Source: Clostridia bacterium (GTDB lineage Bacteria; Bacillota; Clostridia; Oscillospirales; CAG-382). Taken from it: 64,000 nucleotides of DNA. The translations under genes and the position numbers were made by a program. Shown here one piece after another: positions 10,268 through 20,917 of the stretch. The notes under the pieces are model-generated. The model did no database searches. It was not told where the DNA came from and worked only from the letters and a program-made list of their open reading frames with translations. Numbering within the stretch: the stretch's first letter is position 1; each line of letters begins with the position of its first letter. The stretch is from positions 10,950 to 74,949 of the forward strand of contig JAFXBC010000068.1 in assembly GCA_017516825.1 (NCBI GenBank), written 5' to 3'.

Positions 10268-11179
10268 TCATCCTTCAAAGAATGCTTCGATGAATTCGGT
10301 GCCGTTGAAGGTCTGGAGATCGTCGATGCCCTCGCCCACGCCGATAAACTTCACGGGGATGCCAAGCTCACGCTTGATGGCAAGGACGATGCCGCCCTTG
10401 GCGGTGCCGTCCAGCTTGGTAAGCACCAATCCGGAGATCTCGGCGGCCTTGCGGAATTCCTTTGCCTGCACCAAGGCGTTCTGCCCGGTGGAGGCGTCCA
10501 GCACCAACAGGGTGTCTCTGGTGGCTTCGGGAAGCTCTCTGGAGATCACACGGTTGATCTTGGCAAGCTCGTCGATCAGGTTTTTCTTATTATGAAGTCT
10601 GCCTGCGGTATCCACGATGAGGACGTCCACGCCCTGCTTTCTGGCAGCACCGGCGGCATCAAACACCACGGCGGCGGGATCCGCTCCTTCTTTCTGCTTG
10701 ATGAGGGGCACGTCACTGCGATTTGCCCAGACCTCAAGCTGTTCGATGGCGGCGGCACGGAAAGTATCCGCGGCACACAGCATGACCTTCTTGCCCTGCT
10801 GCTTCAGACAATTGGCGATCTTACCGATGGAGGTGGTCTTGCCAACGCCGTTAACGCCGATGACCAGGATCACGGAAACGCCCTTTTCCCCGAGAGTCAA
10901 AGGAGCGCCCTCCCCTACCAGCTCCCGCAGAATGGCGCGGAATTCTTCTCTGGCAGGCTCGGTTTCCTTGATCTTCTTTTCCTTCAGACGTTCTCTCAGG
11001 GTATCGGCAATGTATTCCGAGGTGTCTACGCCCACGTCAGCCATAATCAGCAGGTCGGTAAGCTCCTCAAAAAAGTCATCGTCCACCTTGTCGCCGGAGG
11101 CAAACAGCAGATCCACCGGCTTCAGCAATGCGTCCTTGGTCTTTTTCAGACCGGATTTCAATTTATCAAAAAATCCCAT
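10268..11179 (-). CDS. ftsY: SRP receptor FtsY
   Basis: GVNGVGKTT, DTFRAAA, DTAGR, TKLDGTAKGG and GVGE motifs. Confidence 0.97.
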   Translation of the reverse strand: MGFFDKLKSGLKKTKDALLKPVDLLFASGDKVDDDFFEELTDLLIMADVGVDTSEYIADTLRERLKEKKIKETEPAREEFRAILRELVGEGAPLTLGEKGVSVILVIGVNGVGKTTSIGKIANCLKQQGKKVMLCAADTFRAAAIEQLEVWANRSDVPLIKQKEGADPAAVVFDAAGAARKQGVDVLIVDTAGRLHNKKNLIDELAKINRVISRELPEATRDTLLVLDASTGQNALVQAKEFRKAAEISGLVLTKLDGTAKGGIVLAIKRELGIPVKFIGVGEGIDDLQTFNGTEFIEAFFEG

Positions 11180-14100
11180 CAGTTGGTATACTCCTTAAAG
11201 TTTTCTTCCAAGCCGGAAAGGCTGAGACGGATATAATCGGAAATGCCCTTCTGGTGCATGGTGACACTGTAGAGGGTATCGGCACGCTCCATGGTACCGC
11301 GACGGTGGGTGATGACGATATACTGGGTCTTTTCGCTGTGAGAACGGATGTAATCGGCAAATTTGTTCAGGTTGATATCGTCAAGCGCACTCTCGATCTC
11401 GTCGAAGATACAGAAGGGTGCAGGGTTGACGCTTTGTAACGCCAGGTACAGAGCGATGGCCGCAAAGGATTGCTCGCCACCGGAGAGCAAGGAAATGCTC
11501 TTGACGCTCTTTCCCGGCGGCTTCGGGATAATATCGATGCCGCATTCCAGAGGATTCTCCGGATCCTGCAGTTCGATCCTTGCGCTACCGCCGCCGAAGA
11601 GTTCAACGAACACCCGGGCAAAGTTTTCATTGATCTGCTGAAAGGTGGTGACGAAGTTTTCCTTCATCTCGATCTCCAGCTTGGAGATGGTGCCGTCCAG
11701 ACTGCGGCGGGTCTTTTGCAGATCCTCCACCTGGGCGGAAAGAAAGTCGTAGCGTTCCTTGGTCTGGCGGTACTCCTCCACGGCGTTGACGTTGATCACG
11801 CCCATAGAGCGGATCTTTGCCTTGAGGGACGCCAATCGGGAGGGTGCCTTTTCCATTTGCTCCTCGGGGAGGCGGAAGGTCTCCGCATCGGAATAGGTCA
11901 GCTCGTATTCGTCCCACAGCTTAGCGGTGACGGCATCAAAATCCTCGTTGAGACGGCGGAAGTTGTTCTCCTCGTTGGTCACCTGCACGAAGGCCTCCTC
12001 ACGTTTCTGCTGGGCTTCCTTGTGCTTGCGGCGGATATCGGAAAGCTTGGATTCCTGGGCTTCTCTGCTTCCCACAAGCTCCTGCAGCTTTTCCTCTGCG
12101 AGGGTAATGCCTTTGCAGGCGGCCAGGATCTTTTCTTCCACCACAGCAATACGGTTCCCCCGCTCGGCAATGCTGTTCTGCGCAGAAGCCACGGTCACTC
12201 TGAGATTGGCAATGCGGTCCATCACGCCGGTAAGCAAAGCGGTCTGCTGTGCAAGGGCGGCGGAAAGGCTGTCGGTATAGGAGCGCTTAGAGACCACCAC
12301 GATCCTGGCCTGGGACAAGCCCTCGTAGGCGGCGGATTCTGCGGTGCGGGCATCTTCGACCTGCTTTTTGCAGGTACGGTTCTTTTCTTCTGCGGTAAGA
12401 ACGGCCTGGTTGCGAACCTCCAAGCCGGTGCGGACGGCCTGCAACCGTTCTTCGAGAGAACGTCTGCCGTCGGAATCCGCATTTTTACCGTTTTCGATGG
12501 CACGGATATGGGTAAGCTCCTCCTCCATACGCACCTGATAGCCGTTGATCTCGTTTTCCGCTTCGTCGTAACGGGTCTTCTGCTCTGCGGAAAGAAGCTC
12601 CAGCTCCAAGGCGGCGGCTTCGTTTTCTTCAATAGCGCGCTTTCTGCGGGCGGCCTTACGATCCAACTCCAGCAATGCGCCGTTCAGCTCACGGATCTCT
12701 CCGGAAAGACGTTCGATGTCCATCGCACGGGTGAATACGCCCACCTTTTTGGCGGAGGCGCCGCCGGTGAAGCTTCCGCCGGGATGGATCACTTGGCCGT
12801 CCAGGGTGACGATCTTCACCTTATACCCGGTGGCGGATGCGATCTTGGTGGCGTTGTCGATATGATCGGCGATCACCGTTCTGCCCAGCAGATCGTTGGC
12901 GACGCCGCGGAATTTTTCTTCAAAGCGGGCAAGCTGGGAGGCAATGCCCACGTAGCCTTCCATGTTTTTGATCTTGGAAACGTCGCAGAGAGAGCCTTTG
13001 ACGGTGTCCAGAGGCAGGAAGGTAGCTCTGCCGATGCGGTGATCCTTCAAATAGCGGATACAAGCCTTGGCATCCTCGGCGCTTTCCACAACAATAAACT
13101 GAACGGAAGCGGCAAGGGCGGTCTCCAGAGCCACCACGTATTCGTTGTCGGCGGAGAGGATATTGGAAACGGGGCCGTGAAGCACCACGTTTGCACCGCC
13201 GTTTCTGTGGATCTTGCCTGCGGCGCCATCCTTCAAGATACTGCGGACGCTTTCGGAATAGCCCTCGAAAAGCTGTTCCATCCGCTGAAGAGATTCTCTG
13301 CGCTGTTCGGCGGCGGTGAGCTTCAGGCGGAGGGAAACGGCTTCCTCGCGAAGATTTGCTTCCTCGGTGGAATCGGTACGGATCTGCTCACGCTTTTCCT
13401 TGATAGCGTTGAGAGTCTCCAGATATTCCGCCTCCAGGACGTCGCGGATCTTTACTTTCTCGGAGCATACTGCTTCCAGGGAGGCGATACGTTCTCTTCC
13501 GGCGGCGATACGTTCTTCGCTTTCGGAGTCGCTTTTTTTGGCGGCCTCCCACTCTGCGGCCAAGGCGGCCTCGGCCATGTTCAGGTCGGAAAGGGACTGT
13601 CTGGCGAGGGTGAGCGCTTGCTCGGCATCCTCAGCCGTTTTGGTGCAGAGAGCAACCGTTTCTCTGGCGGATTGCCAGGTCTGTTCCTTGACGGTGCAAT
13701 CCTCCTCCGCGGACTTCACGTCCTCCTTGGAGAGAGCGATCTCCTGCTCGGAGACGGAGATCTGCTTGGCGATCACGGCGGATTGCTGTTCCGATTCGGC
13801 GATCTCCTTGTTGCCGTCGGTGACGATCTGCTCGTAGTGCTGAAGGTCGTTAAGACAGACGGCCTTTTCGCCCTCGGCTTCCGCCTTCACACGCTCGGAG
13901 ACGGCTTTTTCCTGCTCTGCCAAAGACATAAGACGGGCGAACTCGTAGCTTTCGTTCAGCTGATCGTCCAGCTCCTTTTCCAAGGCGGTCTCGGAAAGCT
14001 GTGCCTGCTCCAGGGCGTTTTTGGCGTGGGTCAAGCCCTCCTCGCCAAGGTTGCGCTTCTCCCGCAGGTCGTCCAGTCGGTTCAGCCAGAGAGTGATCTC

Positions 14101-14838
14101 CAAGCCCTTCTTTTCCTCGCTGAGGACCAAGTATTGCTTGGCGTTTTCCGCTTCCTTTTCCAAGGGCTTCACACGGGAGGCTACCTCCTGGAGGATATCG
14201 GTCACGCGCAACAGATTGTTTTCCGTATCTGCCAGCTTCCGTTCCGCCTCGGTCTTGCGATAGCGGAAGCGGGAGATGCCTGCGGCCTCCTCGAAGATAC
14301 TGCGGCGTTCGTCGCCCTTCTGGGAGAGAACCTCCGCGATCCTGCCCTGGCTGATAACGGAGTAGCCCTCTCTTCCGATACCGGTGTCGTAGAACATCTC
14401 GTAGATATCGCGCAAACGGGACAGCTTGCGATTGATATAATACTCGCTTTCGCCGCTACGGTAATACTTACGGGTGATGACGGTCTCGGGAAAATCCGAG
14501 AGACGGGGTTTATCGTCGGGAGAAGCTTCCTCCTCCGGGGACTCCAAGGTCATTTGGTGGGTGGAGCGGTATTCCTCCTCGGAATCGATATACAGAGATA
14601 CCGAAGCGCAATTGGAGGCGGGGCGGGTGGGCGTGCCGTTGAAGATGACGTCGTCCATTTTGGAGCCGCGAAGGCTCTTCATGCTCATTTCACCCAAAAC
14701 CCAACGCACGGCGTCGGAAATATTGGATTTACCGCTTCCGTTGGGGCCGATGATGGCGGTGACACCTTGCTCGAAGGTGATCTTCGTTTTGTCGGGGAAC
14801 GATTTGAACCCCTGCATTTCCACAGCTTTTAATCGCAT
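11179..14838 (-). CDS. smc: Chromosome segregation protein SMC
   Basis: GFKSF, GPNGSGKSN, long coiled coils, hinge (GRATFLPL, GGSFTGG), LSGGE and FDEIESALD. Confidence 0.97.
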   Translation of the reverse strand: MRLKAVEMQGFKSFPDKTKITFEQGVTAIIGPNGSGKSNISDAVRWVLGEMSMKSLRGSKMDDVIFNGTPTRPASNCASVSLYIDSEEEYRSTHQMTLESPEEEASPDDKPRLSDFPETVITRKYYRSGESEYYINRKLSRLRDIYEMFYDTGIGREGYSVISQGRIAEVLSQKGDERRSIFEEAAGISRFRYRKTEAERKLADTENNLLRVTDILQEVASRVKPLEKEAENAKQYLVLSEEKKGLEITLWLNRLDDLREKRNLGEEGLTHAKNALEQAQLSETALEKELDDQLNESYEFARLMSLAEQEKAVSERVKAEAEGEKAVCLNDLQHYEQIVTDGNKEIAESEQQSAVIAKQISVSEQEIALSKEDVKSAEEDCTVKEQTWQSARETVALCTKTAEDAEQALTLARQSLSDLNMAEAALAAEWEAAKKSDSESEERIAAGRERIASLEAVCSEKVKIRDVLEAEYLETLNAIKEKREQIRTDSTEEANLREEAVSLRLKLTAAEQRRESLQRMEQLFEGYSESVRSILKDGAAGKIHRNGGANVVLHGPVSNILSADNEYVVALETALAASVQFIVVESAEDAKACIRYLKDHRIGRATFLPLDTVKGSLCDVSKIKNMEGYVGIASQLARFEEKFRGVANDLLGRTVIADHIDNATKIASATGYKVKIVTLDGQVIHPGGSFTGGASAKKVGVFTRAMDIERLSGEIRELNGALLELDRKAARRKRAIEENEAAALELELLSAEQKTRYDEAENEINGYQVRMEEELTHIRAIENGKNADSDGRRSLEERLQAVRTGLEVRNQAVLTAEEKNRTCKKQVEDARTAESAAYEGLSQARIVVVSKRSYTDSLSAALAQQTALLTGVMDRIANLRVTVASAQNSIAERGNRIAVVEEKILAACKGITLAEEKLQELVGSREAQESKLSDIRRKHKEAQQKREEAFVQVTNEENNFRRLNEDFDAVTAKLWDEYELTYSDAETFRLPEEQMEKAPSRLASLKAKIRSMGVINVNAVEEYRQTKERYDFLSAQVEDLQKTRRSLDGTISKLEIEMKENFVTTFQQINENFARVFVELFGGGSARIELQDPENPLECGIDIIPKPPGKSVKSISLLSGGEQSFAAIALYLALQSVNPAPFCIFDEIESALDDINLNKFADYIRSHSEKTQYIVITHRRGTMERADTLYSVTMHQKGISDYIRLSLSGLEENFKEYTN

Positions 14839-14845
14839 GGTGTAG

Positions 14846-15862
14846 TTATCCTTCTATTGAGATTTTCACACGGGGGACGGAAAGAGCTTCGTCCTCCCGC
14901 AGATCAAGGGTACGGGGTAACAGGACGGGTTGTAATTCCTTCAGTACCAGGCGGCGGTGGCCGGTCACCTTGGACAGCTCGCCGCGAGGAAGACAGACGG
15001 TGAGGTGTTTATTCACGGCCCTCTCCCCTGCCAAAGCCATGATCTCCTTGGCGTAGAGGTAGCCGTATGCCAGCTCCGCAAGAGAGCCGTCGGTGGGGCC
15101 GTAGGGAGCGTTTGCAAGCTCGGGTGAAGATTGCAACCCGATCTTCAGCACCTTCACGCCCCGGGATAAAAAGGTCTCCAGGCAGGGAACGGTACGCTTG
15201 GCGGCGGCAACGTCGTCCATGGGATGATACCCACCTTGCAACGTCATTTGGTGAAGCTTGGTTCCCGCAAATACCACGGTGGGATAGATGCGGGCTTCCT
15301 TGGCACCCAAGTCGCAAATGGCTTTCGCGGTAGCCAGCTCTTTTTCTTCATCGGAGCCCGGCAGGCCAAGCATCATTTGTCCACCAAACACAAAGCCGTT
15401 GTTCACAAGCAAGGCGGCGGAAGCACGGGTTTGGGCCGCGGTATGCCCTCTCCCGGAGAGGCGTAAGACCTCGTCATCCATGCTTTGCACCCCAAGCTCC
15501 ACGTTGGTAACGCGGTACTGCTTCAGGATGGCGATCATCTCCTCGTCGATGAGATCCGGCCGGGTAGAGATCCGAATGCTTGAGGCAAATCCCTGCTCCA
15601 GGTAAGCATTGGCACGTTTCAGAAGGGCGATCATCCGCTCCTTGGGGATGCCCGTGAAGCTCCCGCCGAAAAAGGCGATCTGATTTTCGGTGGTGTGGAG
15701 GTCGCCTGCGTTTGCCATCATGGAATCGAAGGCGGCAAGCTCAGCTTGGATGGATTCCGCCGTTTCCTTATGACCTGTGATCTTTTCCTGCGCGCAAAAG
15801 GCGCAACGATGGGGACATCCCGCAAAGGGGACGAAAAAGGGCAGGTTACGGTGTTTCTTCAT
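14846..15862 (-). CDS. Elp3/YhcC-like radical SAM protein (conserved rnc-smc neighbour)
   Basis: GCPHRCAFC, FFGGSFT, ISTRPD, ELGVQS, QMMLGLPG and RIYPT motifs; position between rnc and smc is typical of Clostridia. Confidence 0.85.
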   Translation of the reverse strand: MKKHRNLPFFVPFAGCPHRCAFCAQEKITGHKETAESIQAELAAFDSMMANAGDLHTTENQIAFFGGSFTGIPKERMIALLKRANAYLEQGFASSIRISTRPDLIDEEMIAILKQYRVTNVELGVQSMDDEVLRLSGRGHTAAQTRASAALLVNNGFVFGGQMMLGLPGSDEEKELATAKAICDLGAKEARIYPTVVFAGTKLHQMTLQGGYHPMDDVAAAKRTVPCLETFLSRGVKVLKIGLQSSPELANAPYGPTDGSLAELAYGYLYAKEIMALAGERAVNKHLTVCLPRGELSKVTGHRRLVLKELQPVLLPRTLDLREDEALSVPRVKISIEG

Positions 15863-16565
15863 TCAATTCGCCTAAAAGGATGAGGGCGTGCTTGGCGGCT
15901 TGCTGTTCCGCCTCCCGCTTGGTTCTGCCCTTGCCCGCACCTAACAGGTTGGAGTTCAAGTAGACCTCGAAATGGAAAATACGGTCGTGAGGAGGGCCTT
16001 CCTCGCCCTTTTCCGCGTAGGACAGCTTTTCCTCGGGGGTCTGCTGAACGATCCGCTGAAGCATGGATTTATAATCCTCCGTACCCTTTTTGGATACGGT
16101 CTCTAGCATGCGGATCAGACGGGGCAACAGGAAGATCTTGACCTGTTCCATACCGCTGTCCAGGTAGATAGCAGCCAAGAGGGCCTCAAAGGCATCGGCG
16201 ATGATGCTCTTACGCTTCTTGCCGCCGCCGGAGATGATCTCCCCGTGACCGAAGGACATGAAATCTCCCAACCCGATCTCGGAAGCAAGGACGGCCAAAG
16301 TCGATTCGCAGACCAAGGCGGCGCGAGTGCGGGTCAGAAAGCCCTCGTCTTCCCCGGGAAAGGTGGAAAACAGGTATTCCGCGGTGATCACGGACAAAAT
16401 GGAATCACCCAGAAACTCCAGTCGTTCGTTGCTTTCGATCTTGCGATGTTTATTTTCGTTGCAATAGGAGGAATGGGTCAGTGCTTCCGCAAGAAAAGCC
16501 TTGTTGCGGAAGGTATAGCCGATGCGCTCCTCCAAAAGCTCTTTGGTATATTCTTTCTGATTCAA
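15846..16565 (-). CDS. rnc: Ribonuclease III
   Basis: ALTHSS, NERLEFLGDS, ADAFEA and a C-terminal dsRBD (DYKS.LQ, GPPH, AEQ.AA). Confidence 0.97.
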   Translation of the reverse strand: MNQKEYTKELLEERIGYTFRNKAFLAEALTHSSYCNENKHRKIESNERLEFLGDSILSVITAEYLFSTFPGEDEGFLTRTRAALVCESTLAVLASEIGLGDFMSFGHGEIISGGGKKRKSIIADAFEALLAAIYLDSGMEQVKIFLLPRLIRMLETVSKKGTEDYKSMLQRIVQQTPEEKLSYAEKGEEGPPHDRIFHFEVYLNSNLLGAGKGRTKREAEQQAAKHALILLGELNEETP

Positions 16566-16594
16566 GTATTACACTTCCTTTTTTCGGGGGAGGA

Positions 16595-18817
16595 TTACTT
16601 TCCTTCGGAATAGCCGCAACCGGATTTACAGTAGACGGTGCCCTTTCCCTTCTTTCGCAGGAGGGGACTGCCGCAACCGGGACATTTTTCACCGGTGGGA
16701 GCATCCCAGGAGGAGAAGGAGCATTCCGGATATTTCTCACAGCAATAATAGGTCTTATGCTTGCGAGTCTGTTTGATCAAGATCCGTTTGCCGCAATCGG
16801 GGCATGCGATGCCGCTGTCACGGTAGAAGGGCATGCTTCCCTTGCAATCGGGATATTTACGACAGGCAAAGAAGGTACCGAAGGCACCCTTGCGGGCGAT
16901 CATTTCCCCGCCGCAGATGGGACAGGGATCGTCGGCGACGATCTCCGGCTGACGGTCTTCCTCGGGTGCAGGTGCTTCCGCCTTGGCTTCCAAGCGCTTG
17001 GTGTTCTTGCACTTGGGATAGTTGGGACAGGCGGCAAACTTACCGTATCTGCCTTCTCTCTGGATCATGCGGGCACCGCACTTCTCGCAGATCATATCCA
17101 GCTCCACCTTTTCCAAGGCGATCCGATCGTCCCCGAGGGTCTCGGAGGCCCGCTTCAGTTGGGATTCAAAATCCGCGTAGAAACGACGGAGAACAGCGAT
17201 ATAATCCTCGTCGCCGCTTTCGATGCGGTCAAGATCCGCTTCCATTTCGGCGGTGAAGTTATAGTCAACGATGTTGGAGAAAGCGTTCTTCATCAGATCG
17301 GTAGTCACAAAGCCAAGATCCGTTGGGATCAGGGTCTTACCTTCGCGCTTAACATAGCCGCGGTTTACGATGGTAGTGATGGTGGCTGTATAGGTGGAGG
17401 GACGGCCGATGCCCTTCTCTTCCAGGACGCGGATAAGGGACCCCTCGGTGTATCTGGGGGGCGGCTGGGTGAACTTCTGCTCGGGAGTGACGGAGACGGG
17501 AGACAGAATGGCGCCTTCGTTCAATTCGGGAAGTCTGCCTTCTGCTTCCTCCTCGTCGGCATCGTCGTAGAGAGCCATATACCCGCGGAAGCGGACAGTG
17601 TTACCGTTGGCACGGAAGACAGCGGAGCCGGACAGGAGATCTGCCGCAACTGTATCGAAGGCGGCGGCGGCCATCTGGCTTGCCATAAAGCGTTCCCAGA
17701 TCAGCTTATACAGCTTGTACTGATCGGCGGAAAGCTTCCCCTTCACGTCCTCGGGAAGCAAGGCGGGATCGGAGGGACGGATGGCTTCGTGAGCGTCCTG
17801 GGCATTCTTCCGCATTTTGTACTGGTTGGGAGTTTCGGGATAATATTCTTCGCCGTAACGGGAAAGGATCACGTTCTTGGCGGTGTCTCTTGCCTCGTCG
17901 GAGATACGGAGGGAGTCGGTACGCATATAGGTGATGAGACCGTGGGTACTTTTTTCGCCAAGGTTCACGCCCTCGTAAAGCTCCTGGGCGATCATCATGG
18001 TTCGGGAGGACTGGAAGCCCAGGCGACGGTTTGCCTCCTGCTGCAAGGTGGAGGTGACGAAGGGAGGCTGGGGCTTGCGGTGCTTGACGGATTTCTTGAC
18101 GGAAAGAACGGTAAAGGTTCCATCCATGGAAGCAAGCACAGCATCCACGTCATCCTTGCAATGAAGCTCCTTTTTGCCGTTTTCATCCCCGAAATAGTGG
18201 GCGGTGAAGGATTCTCCCGCGCCGTTCTTCAAAAGGGCGTTGATATGCCAGTATTCCTCGGGTACGAAGGCACGGATCTCCTCCTCCCGCTCAACGATGA
18301 TGCGGGTAGCCACGGACTGTACACGTCCTGCGGAGAGGCCGTTTTTGATCTTCTTCCAAAGGAAGGGGCTGATCTGATACCCCACGAGGCGATCCAGGAT
18401 GCGGCGGGTCTGCTGGGAATTGACCATGTCCATATCGATCTCTCTGGGAGACTTGATGGCCTCCTTCACCACGCTTTTTGTGATCTCGTTGAAGGTGATA
18501 CGCTTGGTCTTTTCGGGATCCAGTTTCAAAACAGCGGCCAGATGCCAGCTGATGGCTTCTCCTTCGCGGTCAGGGTCGGCGGCAAGCAGAACGCGGTCGG
18601 CGGCCTTAGCTTCCTTGCGAAGCTCGTTGATCAAGTCGCCCTTGCCGCGGATGTTGATATATTGAGGCTCAAAGTCGTTTTCGATATCGATGCCCAGCTT
18701 GCTTTTGGGCAGGTCGCGGACGTGGCCCTTGGAGGCTTTTACTTTATATCCTTTTCCCAAAAAGCTTTTGATGGAATTCGCTTTTGTGGGGGACTCCACG
18801 ATTACCAATGTGTTCAT
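16595..18817 (-). CDS. topA: DNA topoisomerase I (type IA) with C-terminal Zn ribbons
   Basis: IVESP, DPDREGE, SAGRVQ, ITYMRTDS (catalytic Tyr), AHEAIRP, GIGRPST and repeated CxxC...C zinc ribbons. Confidence 0.97.
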   Translation of the reverse strand: MNTLVIVESPTKANSIKSFLGKGYKVKASKGHVRDLPKSKLGIDIENDFEPQYINIRGKGDLINELRKEAKAADRVLLAADPDREGEAISWHLAAVLKLDPEKTKRITFNEITKSVVKEAIKSPREIDMDMVNSQQTRRILDRLVGYQISPFLWKKIKNGLSAGRVQSVATRIIVEREEEIRAFVPEEYWHINALLKNGAGESFTAHYFGDENGKKELHCKDDVDAVLASMDGTFTVLSVKKSVKHRKPQPPFVTSTLQQEANRRLGFQSSRTMMIAQELYEGVNLGEKSTHGLITYMRTDSLRISDEARDTAKNVILSRYGEEYYPETPNQYKMRKNAQDAHEAIRPSDPALLPEDVKGKLSADQYKLYKLIWERFMASQMAAAAFDTVAADLLSGSAVFRANGNTVRFRGYMALYDDADEEEAEGRLPELNEGAILSPVSVTPEQKFTQPPPRYTEGSLIRVLEEKGIGRPSTYTATITTIVNRGYVKREGKTLIPTDLGFVTTDLMKNAFSNIVDYNFTAEMEADLDRIESGDEDYIAVLRRFYADFESQLKRASETLGDDRIALEKVELDMICEKCGARMIQREGRYGKFAACPNYPKCKNTKRLEAKAEAPAPEEDRQPEIVADDPCPICGGEMIARKGAFGTFFACRKYPDCKGSMPFYRDSGIACPDCGKRILIKQTRKHKTYYCCEKYPECSFSSWDAPTGEKCPGCGSPLLRKKGKGTVYCKSGCGYSEGK

Positions 18818-18845
18818 AAAATTGCTTCTATCTCCTTGGTGTGAA

Positions 18846-20054
18846 TTATATACAGGTGAAACGGTTGCCGGGCAGAGAACGGATCTTGCCGTCTATTTCC
18901 AGCTCGGTAAGCTCTGCCAGCAGGTCGCCGATGCCGATGCCGGTAAGAGCGGAAAGCTCGTCGGCGGTGAGGGGCTTTTCCCGCAAGGCCGCACAGATCC
19001 TATCGGCGGGAGAGCCTTCGGCACGGGGTGCTTCCTTCTTTGGCTCGGCAGGCGGCGGCGAGGGAGGTGCGGGAGGCTCCTCTGCAAGCGGGGTAAAAGG
19101 TTCGTCTTCCATAGTGACGGCGGAAGCGTTGCCGTAGGCGTAGATCTTCTTGGAAGTGAGTAAATACTCCGGGTGGATCTTGGTGGGGTAAGAAAGAGAC
19201 AACTCGTTTAAGATATCCGAAGCGGAGGTGGCGGTTCTTGCACCGCTTTTGATCAGCTCGTTGGTGCCGGCGTGGGAATCTCCAAGGGCACCGGGAACGG
19301 CAAATACCAGCTTATTCTGATAAACGGCGTGGCGGGCGGTGATCAAGGCACCACTGTGCTCCCCCGCTTCCACCACCAACGTGGCTTTGGAGAGACCGCT
19401 GATGATACGGTTACGGTTGGGGAAATCCCCTCTGGTGCGTTTACAGCCGGGATACATCTCGCTGATGACCAGGCCGCTTTTATATAGGGCGTGGAAGGCT
19501 CTTGCGTTCTCCTTGGGATAGATCTCGTCAATGGGCGTTCCCAAAACGGCGATGGTATATCCGCCTGCGCGGAAGGCACCTCGGTGAGCGCAGGTATCGA
19601 TGCCCTTGGCAAGGCCGCTGATCACGGTGGCGCCGCAAACGGTAAGCCGCATGGCAAAATCTTCCGCAACTCTTGCGCCGTAGGCCGTCATGGAACGGGT
19701 TCCCACCACGGCAACGCCCACCAGGTCGTTCAGATCCCGCAGGTCGCCGATGGCGTATAAGACCGCGGGCGGGGCTTGGATGAGACGTAGAGAATCGGGA
19801 TAGCGGTCTTCATAATAAGTGAGGACGTGGATCTGCTTTTCCTGCAAGTTCTTCATCAGCTCGTAAGCTTCGTCCAGATCCTTGCGCTTCAAATTCTTTT
19901 CGCAAAGGTGCTTTCCCTCCAGGAAGGAGAAATCCTCACATTCGTAGATCTCCCTGCAGGAGGAAAAGCGGGTAAACAGCTTGAGATAGACCGTGTTGGC
20001 AATGCCGCAGGCCTGCTGTAACCATAATGCGTACAAAAGGTCGGGATTATGCAC
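18846..20054 (-). CDS. dprA: DNA-processing protein DprA
   Basis: AVVGTR, SGLAKGID, FPNRNRIISG, VVEA...SGALITA and a C-terminal winged helix; dprA-topA synteny. Confidence 0.95.
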   Translation of the reverse strand: MHNPDLLYALWLQQACGIANTVYLKLFTRFSSCREIYECEDFSFLEGKHLCEKNLKRKDLDEAYELMKNLQEKQIHVLTYYEDRYPDSLRLIQAPPAVLYAIGDLRDLNDLVGVAVVGTRSMTAYGARVAEDFAMRLTVCGATVISGLAKGIDTCAHRGAFRAGGYTIAVLGTPIDEIYPKENARAFHALYKSGLVISEMYPGCKRTRGDFPNRNRIISGLSKATLVVEAGEHSGALITARHAVYQNKLVFAVPGALGDSHAGTNELIKSGARTATSASDILNELSLSYPTKIHPEYLLTSKKIYAYGNASAVTMEDEPFTPLAEEPPAPPSPPPAEPKKEAPRAEGSPADRICAALREKPLTADELSALTGIGIGDLLAELTELEIDGKIRSLPGNRFTCI

Positions 20055-20835
20055 GGTTTCGCACTCCTTCCCACATAATAACGGCGGCGGCGATGGAAGC
20101 GTTCAGACTTTCGGCGGCATCCGTCATGGGGATCAGCACGCCGCTGTCACAGGCCGAAAGCAGGGCTTCGGAGATGCCTTGCCCCTCGTTGCCGATGACG
20201 AACAGATCTTCGTTGCCCACGGGGAACTGCCCAAGGAGACGGCTCTTTTCGCTTAACGCGGCGGCGTAGGTCTTCCTCCCCGTGCCCTTGAAGGAGTTGA
20301 CAAAGGAAACCGGATCCTTGCACAGATACGTATTCCTTGAAAACAAGGCACCCATGGTGGCACGGACGGTCTTGGAGGCGTACACGTCGGCGCAATCGGC
20401 GGACAGAACCACGGACCAACCCAAGGCGGCGGCAGTACGCAGAACGGTGCCTACGTTGCCGTTATCCCGCACGGACTCCAGCAGAAGAACCCTGCCGGGA
20501 ACGTGAGAAGCGTCGGTCACTTCCTTCACCTGCTCCAGATAGGGGGACAGAGTCAGGATACCCTGGGGAGCCTGCTCGGTGGAAAGCTTTTCAAAAACAT
20601 TGTCGGGAACGGAGCAAAGAACGTCCTCCGGCAGGGTGGACAGAAGCCCGGCATACTTCGCAAGGGCCCCGTCGGTGACGAACACGGCGTGGGGAACGTT
20701 GCCGAAGCGGAGGTATTCTTCCAGCAGGTGAACACCTTCGAAAAAGAACAGTTTTTCTTCCTCGCGGTGCTTACGGGACGAAAGCTTACCAACGCGAACC
20801 ACTAACGGGTTATTGCGGGATTCGATGCGCTTCAT
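20047..20835 (-). CDS. TrmH/SpoU-family RNA methyltransferase
   Basis: VRDNGNVGTVLRTA, RATMGA, IGNEGQG and ESLNAS SPOUT motifs. Start set at ATG 20835 with GGAG RBS. Confidence 0.92.
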   Translation of the reverse strand: MKRIESRNNPLVVRVGKLSSRKHREEEKLFFFEGVHLLEEYLRFGNVPHAVFVTDGALAKYAGLLSTLPEDVLCSVPDNVFEKLSTEQAPQGILTLSPYLEQVKEVTDASHVPGRVLLLESVRDNGNVGTVLRTAAALGWSVVLSADCADVYASKTVRATMGALFSRNTYLCKDPVSFVNSFKGTGRKTYAAALSEKSRLLGQFPVGNEDLFVIGNEGQGISEALLSACDSGVLIPMTDAAESLNASIAAAVIMWEGVRNRA

Positions 20836-20888
20836 ACCTTGACTCCTTTCCACGGCAAAACAAAAAATCCATACCATAATTATATATA

Positions 20889-20917
20889 ATAATAGTACAG
20901 ATTTTTTGAATTGTCAA
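20889..20917 (-). promoter_or_regulatory. Putative sigmaA promoter for the trmH-like-dprA-topA-rnc-smc run
   Basis: Minus strand TTGACA (20917-20912, overlapping the prmC stop), 17 bp, TATTAT (20894-20889). Confidence 0.6.

Noticed and set aside
14500-14600. Acidic ~25-aa insertion in the SMC head (EEEYRSTHQMTLESPEEEASPDDKP) as a possible intein or frameshift
   Set aside because: Short, in frame and without intein terminal motifs; most likely a variable surface loop.
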